A program made the position numbers and the translations under genes. A stretch of DNA of 64,000 nucleotides from positions 73,470,001-73,534,000 of the forward strand of contig NC_043000.1 in assembly GCF_006345805.1 (NCBI RefSeq), given 5' to 3'. The DNA is from Octopus sinensis (lineage: Eukaryota). The notes beneath the pieces are model-generated. The model saw only the letters and a program-made list of their open reading frames with translations, made no database searches and had not been told where the DNA came from. Shown here piece by piece: positions 48,801 to 60,436 of this stretch. The first letter of the stretch is position 1. Every line of letters starts with the position of its first letter.

Positions 48801-51290
48801 TCTCTCAGGAATGAGATTTTCCTTTTACAGTTGCCGCGCAGCAGCCCTCCTACGTTCAGTAGAAATATTTTTGTGGTGTGTGTGTTGGTGTCTGTGGTGG
48901 TAGTTCCAGCTTTGTGTTTGTAGCCAGGTCAGCTGCTGAAATATTTTTTGTGCCATGCACAAAAAAGATTGCTGTTCAGCTGCTGCCCTTTTCACATCTG
49001 GGTGAAACTGGCCATTTGTGGGGCTACCGCGCGCTACATCCGCATATCGTCTTTCAGGAGTGGTCAGTGTGCCATTTTTCCTTCTTTTATATTTTTCTTT
49101 ATCTTTTTGTTCTTCCCGAGGGGGGGATTTTTGTCTTATGTCCATGCGGTTTTGGCAGGGCTTCTGATGTGCAAAACGACAGTTTGCACCTTCGACGCCA
49201 TGCCAGCAGTCTCCCTTCAGGTAGAATTTGCAGATGTTTCTGCTTTTGCCCTTATAGTTCTTGCTGGGGTTCTTCTGTTTTTTCTGAACAGTGTTTGTTT
49301 TAGTTTTCTTGTTTTCCGTCAATTTTAGGGTGCTTTCCTTTTTTGCGGCCATCTTTGGTCTTCAGTTGTGTTGGGAGCTGGACATGTGCCATTGTTTCCC
49401 TTTGTTGTAGGGTTCTCGGTTGTGTCTTTTGTTGGGTCCTGGATGTTTTCTCCATCCTTTTGGTCTTGGTCTTCACTGGTGCAGTCACCTCCTAGGATGA
49501 TGTCCAGAGTGTCCATGTGTGGCCTGATTAGAGCGTACGAACGGAGGAATTCTCGTTTCTTTCGCTCTATCTGGGCGGTGGTCCTCGTGAAATCATTGCT
49601 CTTTAGCGCCGCTGCAATGATATTGTTTGGCGAGTCGCCCTCGGAAATCTTCCAGGGCCGGACGAACAATTGCAACTCCCTCGCAGACCAGTTCCTTGAT
49701 ATTTTCGCCTGAGATACAGATACAGTGAGAGTGAAGTATAGGAACAGAGAGAGAAGGAAAGATAAGATGGTTGACCTGAGAGGGAGAGGAGAGAAGAGAA
49801 AAGCTCGTGGCAGATCAGACAGGGGGATGGATAAAGAGAGAGACAAGGGGATTGACCTGAGAGAAGAGAGAAAGAATGGCAGGTCATCAGGGGGAGAGTG
49901 AGCGGGATAGAAGTGTGATAGAGAGAAAGTAAAGGGACAGGGAGGAAAAGAGAGACAAGGAGATGGACCTTATGGGGAGCAGGGAGAAGAAAGGCAGAGA
50001 GAGGGCGAGATAGAGGTACCAGAGAGTGAATTAAAGAGACAGAGAGATGAAAAAGAGACAAGGGGTGAACCTTAGCGGGAGCAGGGAGAGGAAAGGTAGG
50101 AAGAAAAAGAGGAGAGGGAAAGAGGGGGCGGGATAGAGGTGAAAGAGAGTGTAGTAAAGGGACAGGGAGGGTGGGGTAGAGAAAGAAATAAGGGGATAGA
50201 AGGAGGAAAAGAGAGAAAGGGGTTTGACCTGAGAAAGACTGGAGAGAAGAGAAGCACAGAGAGGGAGAGAGTAACAGAGAGAGAGAGGGAGAGAGAGAGA
50301 CAAAAAGAGAGAGGGCGGGATAGAATTACAAAAGAGAATTAGTGAAGTAGAGGAACAGAGGGAGGTGAGATGTGAGAAAGTTGATTTGAGAGAGGGCGGG
50401 GGAGATGCAGAGAGAGAAACGATGGCAGAGAGAGGGAGAGAGAGAGAGAGCGGAATAGAGGGTCTGATGGAGGGAGAGACAGATAAGGAGGAGAGAATTG
50501 TAAGAAAGAGATAGAAAGAGTAAGGCAGGTTACATAGATAGTCAGGATTGAGAGAAGAAAACACACTATCACGGACGAATTTATATACAAACAGACGCGC
50601 GTGTAAAAATAAAAATAACGTAAGTTTTTTTTAAAATCTATAATCGCGATTATATCAATGGATTATTAGGCGATCTGAGAACCGTAAGATCGTCGATTAT
50701 TAACAATAATAAATAATTTTTTTTCTTACCTTCTGGTTGAGAGAACACTTACCTTCACTCTGTTTTAGAAGAAAGAAAGCTATAAAAGACAGACCTTCGA
50801 TATTCCCGTATTCTTTACTTGCATTTTGTAAACAAAAGAACAGAATAGAGTTCCGATGTTCGTAGATGCAATATTGGTTTGTTTTTATGTTTTGATCCGC
50901 TTGCAAATTTAATATTTGATATCAGGAGGTAGCTTTTCAGAGGTTTTCAAAACACGTGCATATACTACACCAAAAGCGAAAATATTCTTCTCAAAATACA
51001 GTGTCTTGTCGTTGCTTCACAGACAAATTTCACTTCGATATCAGGAAGTTGCACACGTGGCTTTAACACATGTGCCCGGCTGTTCGCGAGGCATGTTTTA
51101 GTTGTATATACTACATCAAAAGCGAAAATATTCTTCTCAAATACAGTGTCTTGTCGTACTCTCACTTATATTTGCTTTACAGACAAAATTCACTTCTGAT
51201 AACATCGATCTCTTGAAGGTTTTAAAAAATTTTAGGAGAGCTATATTACACTCGATTTGTTAGTTCGGCGCCATCTTGGTTTTTTAATTT
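45867..51290 (-). mobile_element. Near-full-length CR1-group LINE (ORF1 ~49708-48825; ORF2 EN-RT ~48800-45940), frameshifted
   Basis: Endonuclease ICMALTETHL..RSDRKGRIHGGVAMY..NILDLCFTN; RT QHGFRPGRSCLTQLL, YLDFAKAFD, GVPQ.TVLGP, YADDTK; C-terminal YWERLKVLNLFSLE. 3' tail of AAGGATTT-type repeats at 45867-45880. The 5' boundary is tentative (YY1-like motif at 51267-51279). Confidence 0.9.
49715..50560. repeat. Long GA-rich (minus-strand CT-rich) low-complexity tract
   Basis: About 850 bp of purine-rich sequence with recurring TTGACCTGAGA units. Confidence 0.85.
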
Positions 51291-51292
51291 TT

Positions 51293-51540
51293 TATATATA
51301 TATATATATACATATATATATACATACATATATACATATATATATACATATATATATATACATACATACATATACATACATATATATTAATATATATATA
51401 TATATACATATATATATACATATATATATATATACATACAAATATATACATATATATATATGTATATATATATACATATATATAATATACATATATATAT
51501 ATATATACATATATATATAGATATATACATATATATATAC

Positions 51541-51577
<37 letters not shown>

Positions 51578-51612
51578 CATATACATATATATATAAATAT
51601 ATATATATATAA
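51293..51612. repeat. (TA)n/(CATA)n microsatellite
   Basis: Direct inspection. Confidence 0.95.
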
Positions 51613-51933
51613 ATTAAATTAGAGAGAAAACCACTATTAGGCAAATCAAACAGTGAAAGACAAACCAAAACATAAAAATAAATATAGATAATATAACATA
51701 TAAAATAAATGAAATATAAAATTTAAAATTTAAATTATTTAAATTTAAAATTTAAAATCTATATTCATATTTATAAATTTTTATATTTTTATATTTTTTT
51801 AATTTTAAATTTATAAATTTTTATTTTTTTTAAACTATCAAAAAGTATTAAAAAGAGAATCCTTATTTTATGATTATATCCTTATCTTATATATACATAT
51901 ATATGTATATATATGTATGTATATATATGTATA

Positions 51934-51974
<41 letters not shown>

Positions 51975-52308
51975 CCTAATAATATTTGGGAGTATATTGA
52001 AACTTACAGGGAAAAATTAGATTTAGGATGAAATCAGATTTCACAGATAAAACCACTATTAGGCATATCAAACAGTGAAAGACATAAACCAAAACATATA
52101 AACAAATATAATTAATATAATATACAAAATAGATAAAATATAAAATTTTAAATTTATATTTGTATTTATAGATTTTTATATTTTTATATTTTTAAAATTT
52201 AAAATTTATAAATTTTTAAACTTTAAATTTTTTTTAATTAATTAATTTATAAATTTTTTTTAACTATCAAAAAGTATTAAAAAGTTTAATATTATATAAT
52301 AAGTAAAA

Positions 52309-52406
52309 CCACTACGTACGTTTCATAACCATAATTCAATTCGAATTACAATCAATTTAAATTCAATTAAAAATTCGAATTATAATTATAGTCAATCTTC
52401 AGGTTA
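52309..52406 (-). ncRNA. Hammerhead motif with a long AT-rich stem II
   Basis: Minus strand: TAAC-CTGAAGA-TTGACTATAATT...AATTATGGGTTAT-GAAA-CGTACG-TA-GTGG. Confidence 0.6.
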
Positions 52407-53552
52407 ATGATAATAGTTAAATAAATAAGCAAATAGATTTAAACAATATATTTTAAGAAATAAAATAATAATAATAATAATAATAATTTTTCTTATAAAA
52501 AACTCTATTATCAAATTAGAAACTTAAACCATTAGGATAATGTCATACAATCCAATTATTATGTTAAATATTAATTTTTAAGGTAAAAAAATAGACAGAA
52601 AAATGTATTTATCTATTAAGATATAATATGGCTTTAAAAAACATAAACTCACGAATATCCTAAACTCAGTTATACTCAATATCTAATTTCCAAATTATTT
52701 AACAAAATAATCACTATTCATATTTTTAAATTTAAGTTCAAATCTAATAATTATAAAATATTTAAGAATAATAACTAAATTATTATCAATAAATATAATA
52801 ATTAAGATCTAAAATTTACTCTATCAATAAATATATAGACATAAAAGGAAAACTAAATAAATTAATTAGTCCATTATTACTTACGCAAATATTAAATATT
52901 AATGTAATATATTTATGAAATATACTAAAAAATTAAAGATGCAAAAAGCAAATTATAAACGTATAACCTATCTTAAAAGAACCGTATAACTATTCAATGT
53001 TCTATATATCTCGTTGGCTAAGTTATAACTTACAAATCACGTACAGTTATAATCTAATAATGAAATACATATCTTCAACAACTAAATAATTATACAATCA
53101 AATTAACAATCAGTAGTTATATAGTATCCAATATAATACAATATAACATAAATTATTAAAATAACTTTAATAAAAAGGTTTACTTAGCTTTCAAAAATCG
53201 TATCATTAACTAAACTTATAATAAACAGAGGGAAAATTCTTTTAACAATGGAAACTACGAATATATTTTATCAATGGAAAATGGCTATATTTAAGCTATG
53301 ATAGAACAAAGTCACTATTAGAGATATCTATGAATATATAATATGGCTTAAAAAACATAATAAACTCACTAATATCCTTCATCCAGTTATAGTCCAAAAT
53401 TAAATTACCAAATTATTTAACTGTTAGTTATTCATATTTTAGATTTAAGTACACATCTAATAATAAAATATTTAAAAAATAATAACTAAATTATTATCAA
53501 CAAATCTAAAATTTACGCTATCAATAAATGTATAGACATATAAAGAAAAATA

Positions 53553-54293
53553 GGTACTACTAGCGAAGACTGGACCCGGTGCGCGCCAAAACGCAGTCGC
53601 GTGTCCGCGCTAGCTAGTCGTAAGTAGTCGATCCTACAACGACTTGCGCGTATGCAAATGAGTTAATTTTACAGAATAAAATAAAAGAATTTTTTTAAAG
53701 AAAGTAAATAAATTATTTCTTAGAACAATGTATATGATTTTTTACACAAATCAAATAAAATGTGTGTGATATATTATTTTAGTTTTCATATTCTTTAGTT
53801 TTTAACCATGTGTGTGTATGTGAGTATATATATGTGTGTGTATATGTGTGTATGTATGTGTGCGTGTGTATATGTGCGCATATGTGTGTATATATATGTA
53901 TGTGTGTGTATATATGTATGTGTGTATGTGAGAAAGAGAGAAGAAACAAAATATCCTTAAGATGATAAGGAATGGAAAGTTGATATCGATTGATGGATTT
54001 GATAAGATGAAGATATTTTGGTAACAGTTCATTACACGTGTGTAAGAATGTCTGAGCGAGAGAGGAGAGCATATTATAGCATTCCATGAAGGGTTTTGTT
54101 TTTTTTTTTGGTTTGTTTTGATGTTTTCTTGTTTGTTTATTTACACTAAACCCTCACCCCTTGTCTTGATCATTAATTAGACCTACAACACAACTCATTT
54201 GCATACGTGCAAGGCGTTGTAGGATCGACTACTTACGACTAGCTAGCGCGGACACGCGACTGCGCACCGGGTCTAGTCTTCGCTAGTAGTACC
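53553..54293. mobile_element. Non-autonomous DNA transposon with ~100-bp TIRs and an 8-bp TSD (Merlin-like)
   Basis: TIRs GGTACTACTAGCGAAGACT...ATGCAAATGAGTT (53553-53664) and its reverse complement (54193-54293). TSD GAAAAATA at 53545-53552 and 54294-54301. GG termini with an 8-bp TSD fit Merlin/IS1016. Confidence 0.85.
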
Positions 54294-55421
54294 GAAAAAT
54301 AAATTAATTAATAAATCCAATACTACTTACATAAATATTAAATATTAATATAATATATTTATGAGATACATTAAAAAATTAGAGATAAAAATCAAATTAT
54401 AAACCAGTAATCTAACTTTAAAAAACCGTATAACTATTAACGATCTATATATCTCTTTGGCTAAGTAATATCTTACAATAACGTACAGTTATAATCTAAT
54501 TATTACATACATATCTTCAACAATTAAATCATTATAATAACAATCAGTATTTATATAGTATACAAAATAATACAATAAGACTTATTAAGATGCTTTAAAA
54601 TCTTAAATAGAAAGAGATTACTTAGCTTTCAAAGGCCGTGTCATGAACTAAAATTTTAAAACGGAGAACGTCTTTTAAGCGTTTATAAGAATACTCGTGA
54701 AATTACGTTATTAACAGAAATAGAATAAATAGATGAAAAATTCTTTTAACAATGAAAACTACGAATATATTTTATCAATGAAAATTACGAATAAATATTG
54801 TCAAGTTTATCTATAAATATAAATAGAAAGAAGTCACTATTAGAGAAATAACCACTATATACTATCAGATTTATCATTAAAATATAACTACAATAAATTA
54901 TACTCAATATTCAATAAATTAAATAATTAATTTAATTACCAATTACTGTGTATACTTTAAAAATCTTATAAGATTTAATTAATTTATATAAAAAATTACG
55001 TAGTAGTCAACTTAATATAAATAAAAAATAAAATTTATATGATTTAAGTATGGTTAATTAAATATAAAGTCAATTAAAAGTTAGCATAGTACAAATACTA
55101 TTTATTTTTATATTAAAAAAGTTACAGTTAGAAAGAAAGAACACCAGTGTTATATATGTATATAAATATATATACATATATATACATACATTTATATATT
55201 TATATATGTATATATATATACATATATATATACATATATATATCTATACATATATATATACATATATATATATACATATATATATACATATATATATACT
55301 TATATATATACATATATATATATATACATATATATATACACATATATATATATATACACATATATATATATATATGCATATATACATATGCATATATATA
55401 TGCTTATATATGTATATATAT

Positions 55422-56603
55422 ACTAGCATTATGACACGTCGTTGCCGGGTCATAGTGCTAGTGCATATATATATGTGTATATATATGTGTACTTATTACA
55501 TGTACATCTATATATATACATCTACACATAAAATACAAAATACAAAGTTATATATTGATATCACTAGTGATAACAATACTCAAAATATATAACACACTGG
55601 AATTGTTAGCCCGTCTCTTGTAATTTCGATCAATTGTATCTTGTCCTCCCTCTTGTATAGAAGTGCAGCTACAATCCAGCCTACCTCTACTTCTGGGGGG
55701 GGGGGCATTAAAAATTTTTTCCGGGACGTCCTACGTCCCAGATATAAAGGTAAAAATAAAATATTTCCACTTTGCAAGTTCGAGTCCAGTACTCCCTTGC
55801 ACGCTCCGTTGACTCGAAACTTGCTTCTATTGTGGCGAATTTACCGCCTCTGATTAGATATTTTTCATAGTCGCACCAAGACACTTTTCGAAGGTGCTTT
55901 CCTCCATGTGTTCAAATCTTTTTTCTCTACATTGTATACTTTATAGACAATAGTCTTTTCTTTAATTTAATTTTTTATTATCCATCTGGACTATTCCATT
56001 TCTGCACGCTAATTTTATTTTTAATTTATTCCCATTCATGTGAAACCACTTATTCAAGTTCATGTCATTGATGCAATTTTATACCAATTGCTATTTTTAC
56101 TTTTGTTATGTTACGATTATATTATACTTTAGTTTGATTTTAATTATTACTTACTAGATACAATTCAATTGTTATTATTATTTTTATTGTTAAAGTGAAA
56201 GTATCTGACATAAAATAGAGAAATGTTTTTGTTTCACTTTTAACACGTAATACTGAAATAGTGGAGAAGGTATGATATTGCTATGGGGTCGCCCTAGGCA
56301 AGAAGTTGAACATTTTTTTTGCCCATGAAACTACATGGACCATAAGTAAGGCATGTGTAAAATTTAAATGAAATAGGTTGTGTAGTTCTCAAGTTTTATG
56401 GAATCGTAGTGAAGAAGATATGATATTGCTGTGGGCTCGCCCTAGGCAAAAAGTTGAACATATTTTTTGCCCATGAAACTACATGGACCCTAAGTAAAGC
56501 ATGTGTAAAATTTGAATGAAATTGGTTGTGTAGTTCTCAAGTTTTAGGGAAACACACAGACAGACAGACAGACACACATTTTCAGTTTTATATATATAAA
56601 GAT
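55422..56603 (+). mobile_element. Helentron/DINE-1-like non-autonomous rolling-circle element
   Basis: 5' ACTAGCATTATGAC...GTCATAGTGCTAGT hairpin. 3' end has a ~150-bp tandem duplication (56262-56400 and 56411-56548), then (CAGA)n and TTTTATATATATAAAGAT. Inserted in (TA)n. Confidence 0.55.
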
Positions 56604-56654
56604 ATACATATATAAATATATATATGTGTATGTATATATATATATGTATATATT

Positions 56655-58110
56655 TCATAGCAGAATCACTACCGGAACTAGAAAAGAAATTTCGGGTGTG
56701 GAAGCAAGGGTTAGAATCAAAGGGCCTTAGAGTAAATGTAGCAAAGACCAAAGTTATAGTAAGCAGAAAGGCGAACTCAGCACACACTCCCTCGGGCAGG
56801 TGGCCCTGCTCGATCTGTAGGAAAAGTGTAGGTAGAAACTCCATAAGATGTACCCAGTGTAAGCTATGGACGCATAAGAGTTGCAGCAACATCAAAGGGA
56901 AATTAACTGATAAGATAGCTTTCATGTGCGGCAGATGCACAGGGACAATAGACACCACAGACACTCAGAAAACAGATTCCATCACACTCCAGGGGGAGAA
57001 ACTAGAAGTAGTTGATTGTTTCCGCTACCTGGTTGACCAAGTTAGTAATGGAGGTGGATGCTCAGAGAGTGTCACCACTAGAATACGAATAGCCTGGGCA
57101 AAGTTTAGAAAGCTCCTACCCTTACTGGCTACAAAGGATCTCTCGCTCAGAGTGAAAGGTAGATTGTATGATCATGTGTGCGAACTGCCATGCTTCACGG
57201 TAGTGAAACATGGGCTGTGACTGCAGAGGACTTGCGTAGACTTGAAAGAAATGAAGCTAACATGATCCGCTGGATGTGTAATGTCAGTGTGCGCGCACGA
57301 CAGAGTGTAAGCACCCTGAGAGAAATGCTGGACATAAGAAGCATCAGATGTGGTGTGCAAGAGCGACGCTTGCGATGGTATGGTCATGTACTGCGGATGG
57401 ATGAGGAGAGATGTGTGAAGAAGTGCCGCTCCCAAATAGTTGAAGGTATCAGGGGGAGAGGTAGACCCAGGAAGACATGGGATGAGATAGTCAAGCATGA
57501 CCTCCGAGCGTTGGGCCTCACAGAGGCAATGGCGAAGGACCGAGATCTCTGGAGATATGCTGTGACTGCGAAGACCCGGGATGCTTCCTGCCCCAGTTCC
57601 GCATAGCCCCTGCCCATTCAAAGTACCTTGGATTTCAGAACAACCCGCTGTGCTTGAGGAGACCTGTTGAGTCAAGTACATGAACATCGAAATAAATATC
57701 AATGGAAATAGTAGTTGTGATATCTGTGCCGGTGGCACATATAAAGCACCATCCGAACGTGGCCGATGCCAGCACCACCTCGACTGGCTTCTGTGCCAGT
57801 GACACGTAAAAAGCAGCATCCGAACGTGGCCGATGCCAGCGCCGCCTTGACTGGTTTCCGTGCCGGTGGCACGTTAAAAGCACCAACCGATCGTGGCCGC
57901 TGCCAAACTTCCCTGGCACCTGTGCCGGTGGCACGTAAAAAGCACCCACTACAATCGCGAAGTGGTTAGTGTTAGGAAAAGCATCCAGCTGTAGAAACAC
58001 TGCCAGATCAGACTGGAGCCTGGTGCAGCCTCCTGGCTTTCCAAAGCCCGGTCGAACCGTCCAACCTGTGCTAGCGCAGAAAACGGACGTTAAACGATGA
58101 TGATGATGAT
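56655..58110 (+). mobile_element. Relatively young 5'-truncated RTE LINE with 3' UTR repeats and (GAT)n tail
   Basis: ORFs 56624-57220 and 57178-57606 (IAESLPELEKKF...GRGRPRKTWDEIVKHDL) with one frameshift. Tail GGACGTTAAACGATGATGATG at 58085-58110. Confidence 0.93.
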
Positions 58111-58236
58111 TATATATATATATATATATAATATATATATATATATATAATATATATATTATATGCATATATATAATAAATGTTGTGTCTGAGGAGAGTC
58201 ATTTTCTTTTTGTGCCTCACCGGTAAAATCTCCACT

Positions 58237-58700
58237 TAATTTATCTCTATAAGTACACGCCTCGAAGAAAGCCAACACAAATTTCTAAAAAAATTCCGTT
58301 ATTACCACATCGGACCCGATTTCAGAGTTAATTCATAAGAACCTTCTCTTAATCGGTGATAAATGCGGCAAAGAAATAAATGAAATACTTATACCCATGG
58401 AAGAAGCAAACACTAAGTCATGAGCACAATTAAATACCCCAAATATATCCAAAATAGAAATTCTCCCGCACACCGCGAGACACGTGCGATTCAAACTGAA
58501 AACTTTTAATGAGTGAGAGAGTCCGGAAGTGAACACTATTAAATTTAAGTATTTCATTTATTCCTTTACCGCATTTATCACTGATGAAGAGAAGGTTCTT
58601 ATGAATTAACTCTGAAATCGGGTCCGATATGGTAATAATGGATTTTCTAAAGAAATTTCTGTTGGCTTTCGTCGAGACACGTACTTATAGTGATAAATTA
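58237..58700. repeat. ~155-bp inverted repeat pair containing a hammerhead motif
   Basis: 58237-58391 vs 58546-58700. The right arm has TATCA-CTGATGA-AGAG...CTCT-GAAA-TCGG-GTC-CGATA (58576-58629). Confidence 0.8.
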
Positions 58701-58776
58701 TATGGTAATTGAAGAAGTATCTATTTTCGGCACATTTGGCATTAGAAATTTTTTTCTTTTGCCCTTGTTTATAAGT

Positions 58777-58808
<32 letters not shown>

Positions 58809-58843
58809 AATACATATATATTTACATATATATATCATGCATA

Positions 58844-58887
<44 letters not shown>

Positions 58888-58889
58888 AT

Positions 58890-60340
58890 ATATATAATTC
58901 AAAAAGCAATAAAGATTCAAGTTAATTTAAATGAATTTACTTGAATATGGTACCTAACTTAGATGCACCAAAAAAAACTATACTGTTTTAACAATACAGT
59001 AATGTGGGGTGATTATAAGCGAGAAAGAAGCAACAGAATGGATAGGTTTTTAGTACAATCGTTTCATACAAGGACAGGCTTTATTAAAAGTTGTAAAAAT
59101 TACAGCATAAAACGTGTCCCGTACTCATCAGCTAAAATACATGTGAGTTCTCTAGACATCCTAGTGGTTGAGGCTATACTCATGAAGTAATGTAGATAAT
59201 TAAGTAACATAAACAGATTTCCAAAGTTCATTAAAGTTCTTTAAAGATGATGTACAGTCTTATCACAGAATTTTAAAAAAGTTCTAATAGCATCACAGAG
59301 AAGGTGACCTAATCCATAGAGCACATATGAATTTCCAGAGATATGATGAGGGATTACATACTCACAGAAGACAAATTTATCCATTGTTAATCACAACGAG
59401 GTGGGTCTCAATTCCTGCTTATTAGCATTACAGAGAGGGTGAATTAATCCTTTGTATAGATGCACAATTTCCAATGGTGTAGATGTAAGTTTCCAGAGAA
59501 ATGAAGAGGAATTTCATATTCACAGGCGATAATTTATCAATGGTTGAACACAATGAGGTAGGTATCAATTCTTGTTATATGATTAGGTATTTGCCACATT
59601 AATCACATTACTGCTATTTACAAGAGGCTGTAGCTATTTAACTTTTAAAGGCTGAAGGGCTTTCTAGAGAGGCCAAGAATAGAAAGGGAAGGGAATAGAA
59701 GAAAAGAGAGAAAATAAAGGAAGAGGGAGCAAAAAAAGGGGGGGAAGGGGACTAAAAGAGAAGAGAAAAGGAAAAAGAGAATAAGAAGAAGAAACAGAAA
59801 AAAGAGAAAAGAGAAAGAAGGGAAAAAATAAAAATAAAAAAGAGGGTTCTAGTTATACAGAAGAATTAGTAGACGGCAAGTCTGGTTTTAATTTACAGGC
59901 ATCTAGGAACTAGAGGAGAATATTATTCTATGGCCAGTAAAACAGCTAATTTATTGCTGTTGAAATCAGCTATGAATTTAAAGAGAATCTAAAGAGATAA
60001 CACAGTCAGGGGTTTAGGGGTCAGATGCTAAAATCAAAAGAAAATACATTAGGAAAATCTAAGAATAATCTTATCAAAAAGTCAATAAAACTTACTTATT
60101 TAATTTATTCATTTTATTGTCTTAAGGAGTTGCCGTTATTATTCATACATTGACGGACTACAGGTCAAATCTTAGAAGATCATTTACAAGGTGTTAGGGG
60201 ATTGTCTATCATAATGAAGATAATCATATTATCACCGAGGGGGTAGCCTTATTTATTTAATTTTGAAATAGAATTATGGGGCTATAGTATCTCATTATAT
60301 TTTATTAGAGTTATGCTACTTAAATTAGATTAAGTTAGGA
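58890..60340 (-). mobile_element. PLE-related non-coding remnant, similar in layout to 34330-35030
   Basis: Shares TTGCCAC...ATTACTGCTATTT with ~34708-34740 and has the same hammerhead architecture. Internal duplication 59293-59423 vs 59428-59578. Confidence 0.5.
59048..59137 (-). ncRNA. Type I hammerhead ribozyme with a long stem II
   Basis: Minus strand: TTTTAG-CTGATGA-GTACGGGACA...TGTCCTTGTAT-GAAA-CGATTG-TA-CTAAAA. Confidence 0.8.
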
Positions 60341-60436
60341 ATTATATATATGTAGGTCCCGGGTTGAGTCGGGGTTAAGCACAGTAAATAAGGTACTCAA
60401 TACATAGCAGAGTAAATTAATTTATTTTATAGAAGG

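Larger units (their letters stand above)
51620..55146. repeat. Extremely AT-rich block with internal direct duplications
   Basis: 51625-51863 is similar to 52047-52283. 52625-53325 is similar to 53340-53552 plus 54294-54845, the second copy being split by the MITE. Confidence 0.7.

Noticed and set aside
49603-50590. Long S/L/P-rich and E/R-rich ORFs
   Set aside because: Artefacts of the GA/CT low-complexity tract.
52400-55100. Possible nuclear mitochondrial insertion because of extreme AT content
   Set aside because: No recognisable mitochondrial protein, rRNA or convincing tRNA; the duplications and hammerhead point elsewhere.
57172-58168. 215-aa and 177-aa minus-strand ORFs
   Set aside because: They are antisense to the RTE ORF and its 3' UTR repeats and have no independent protein motif.
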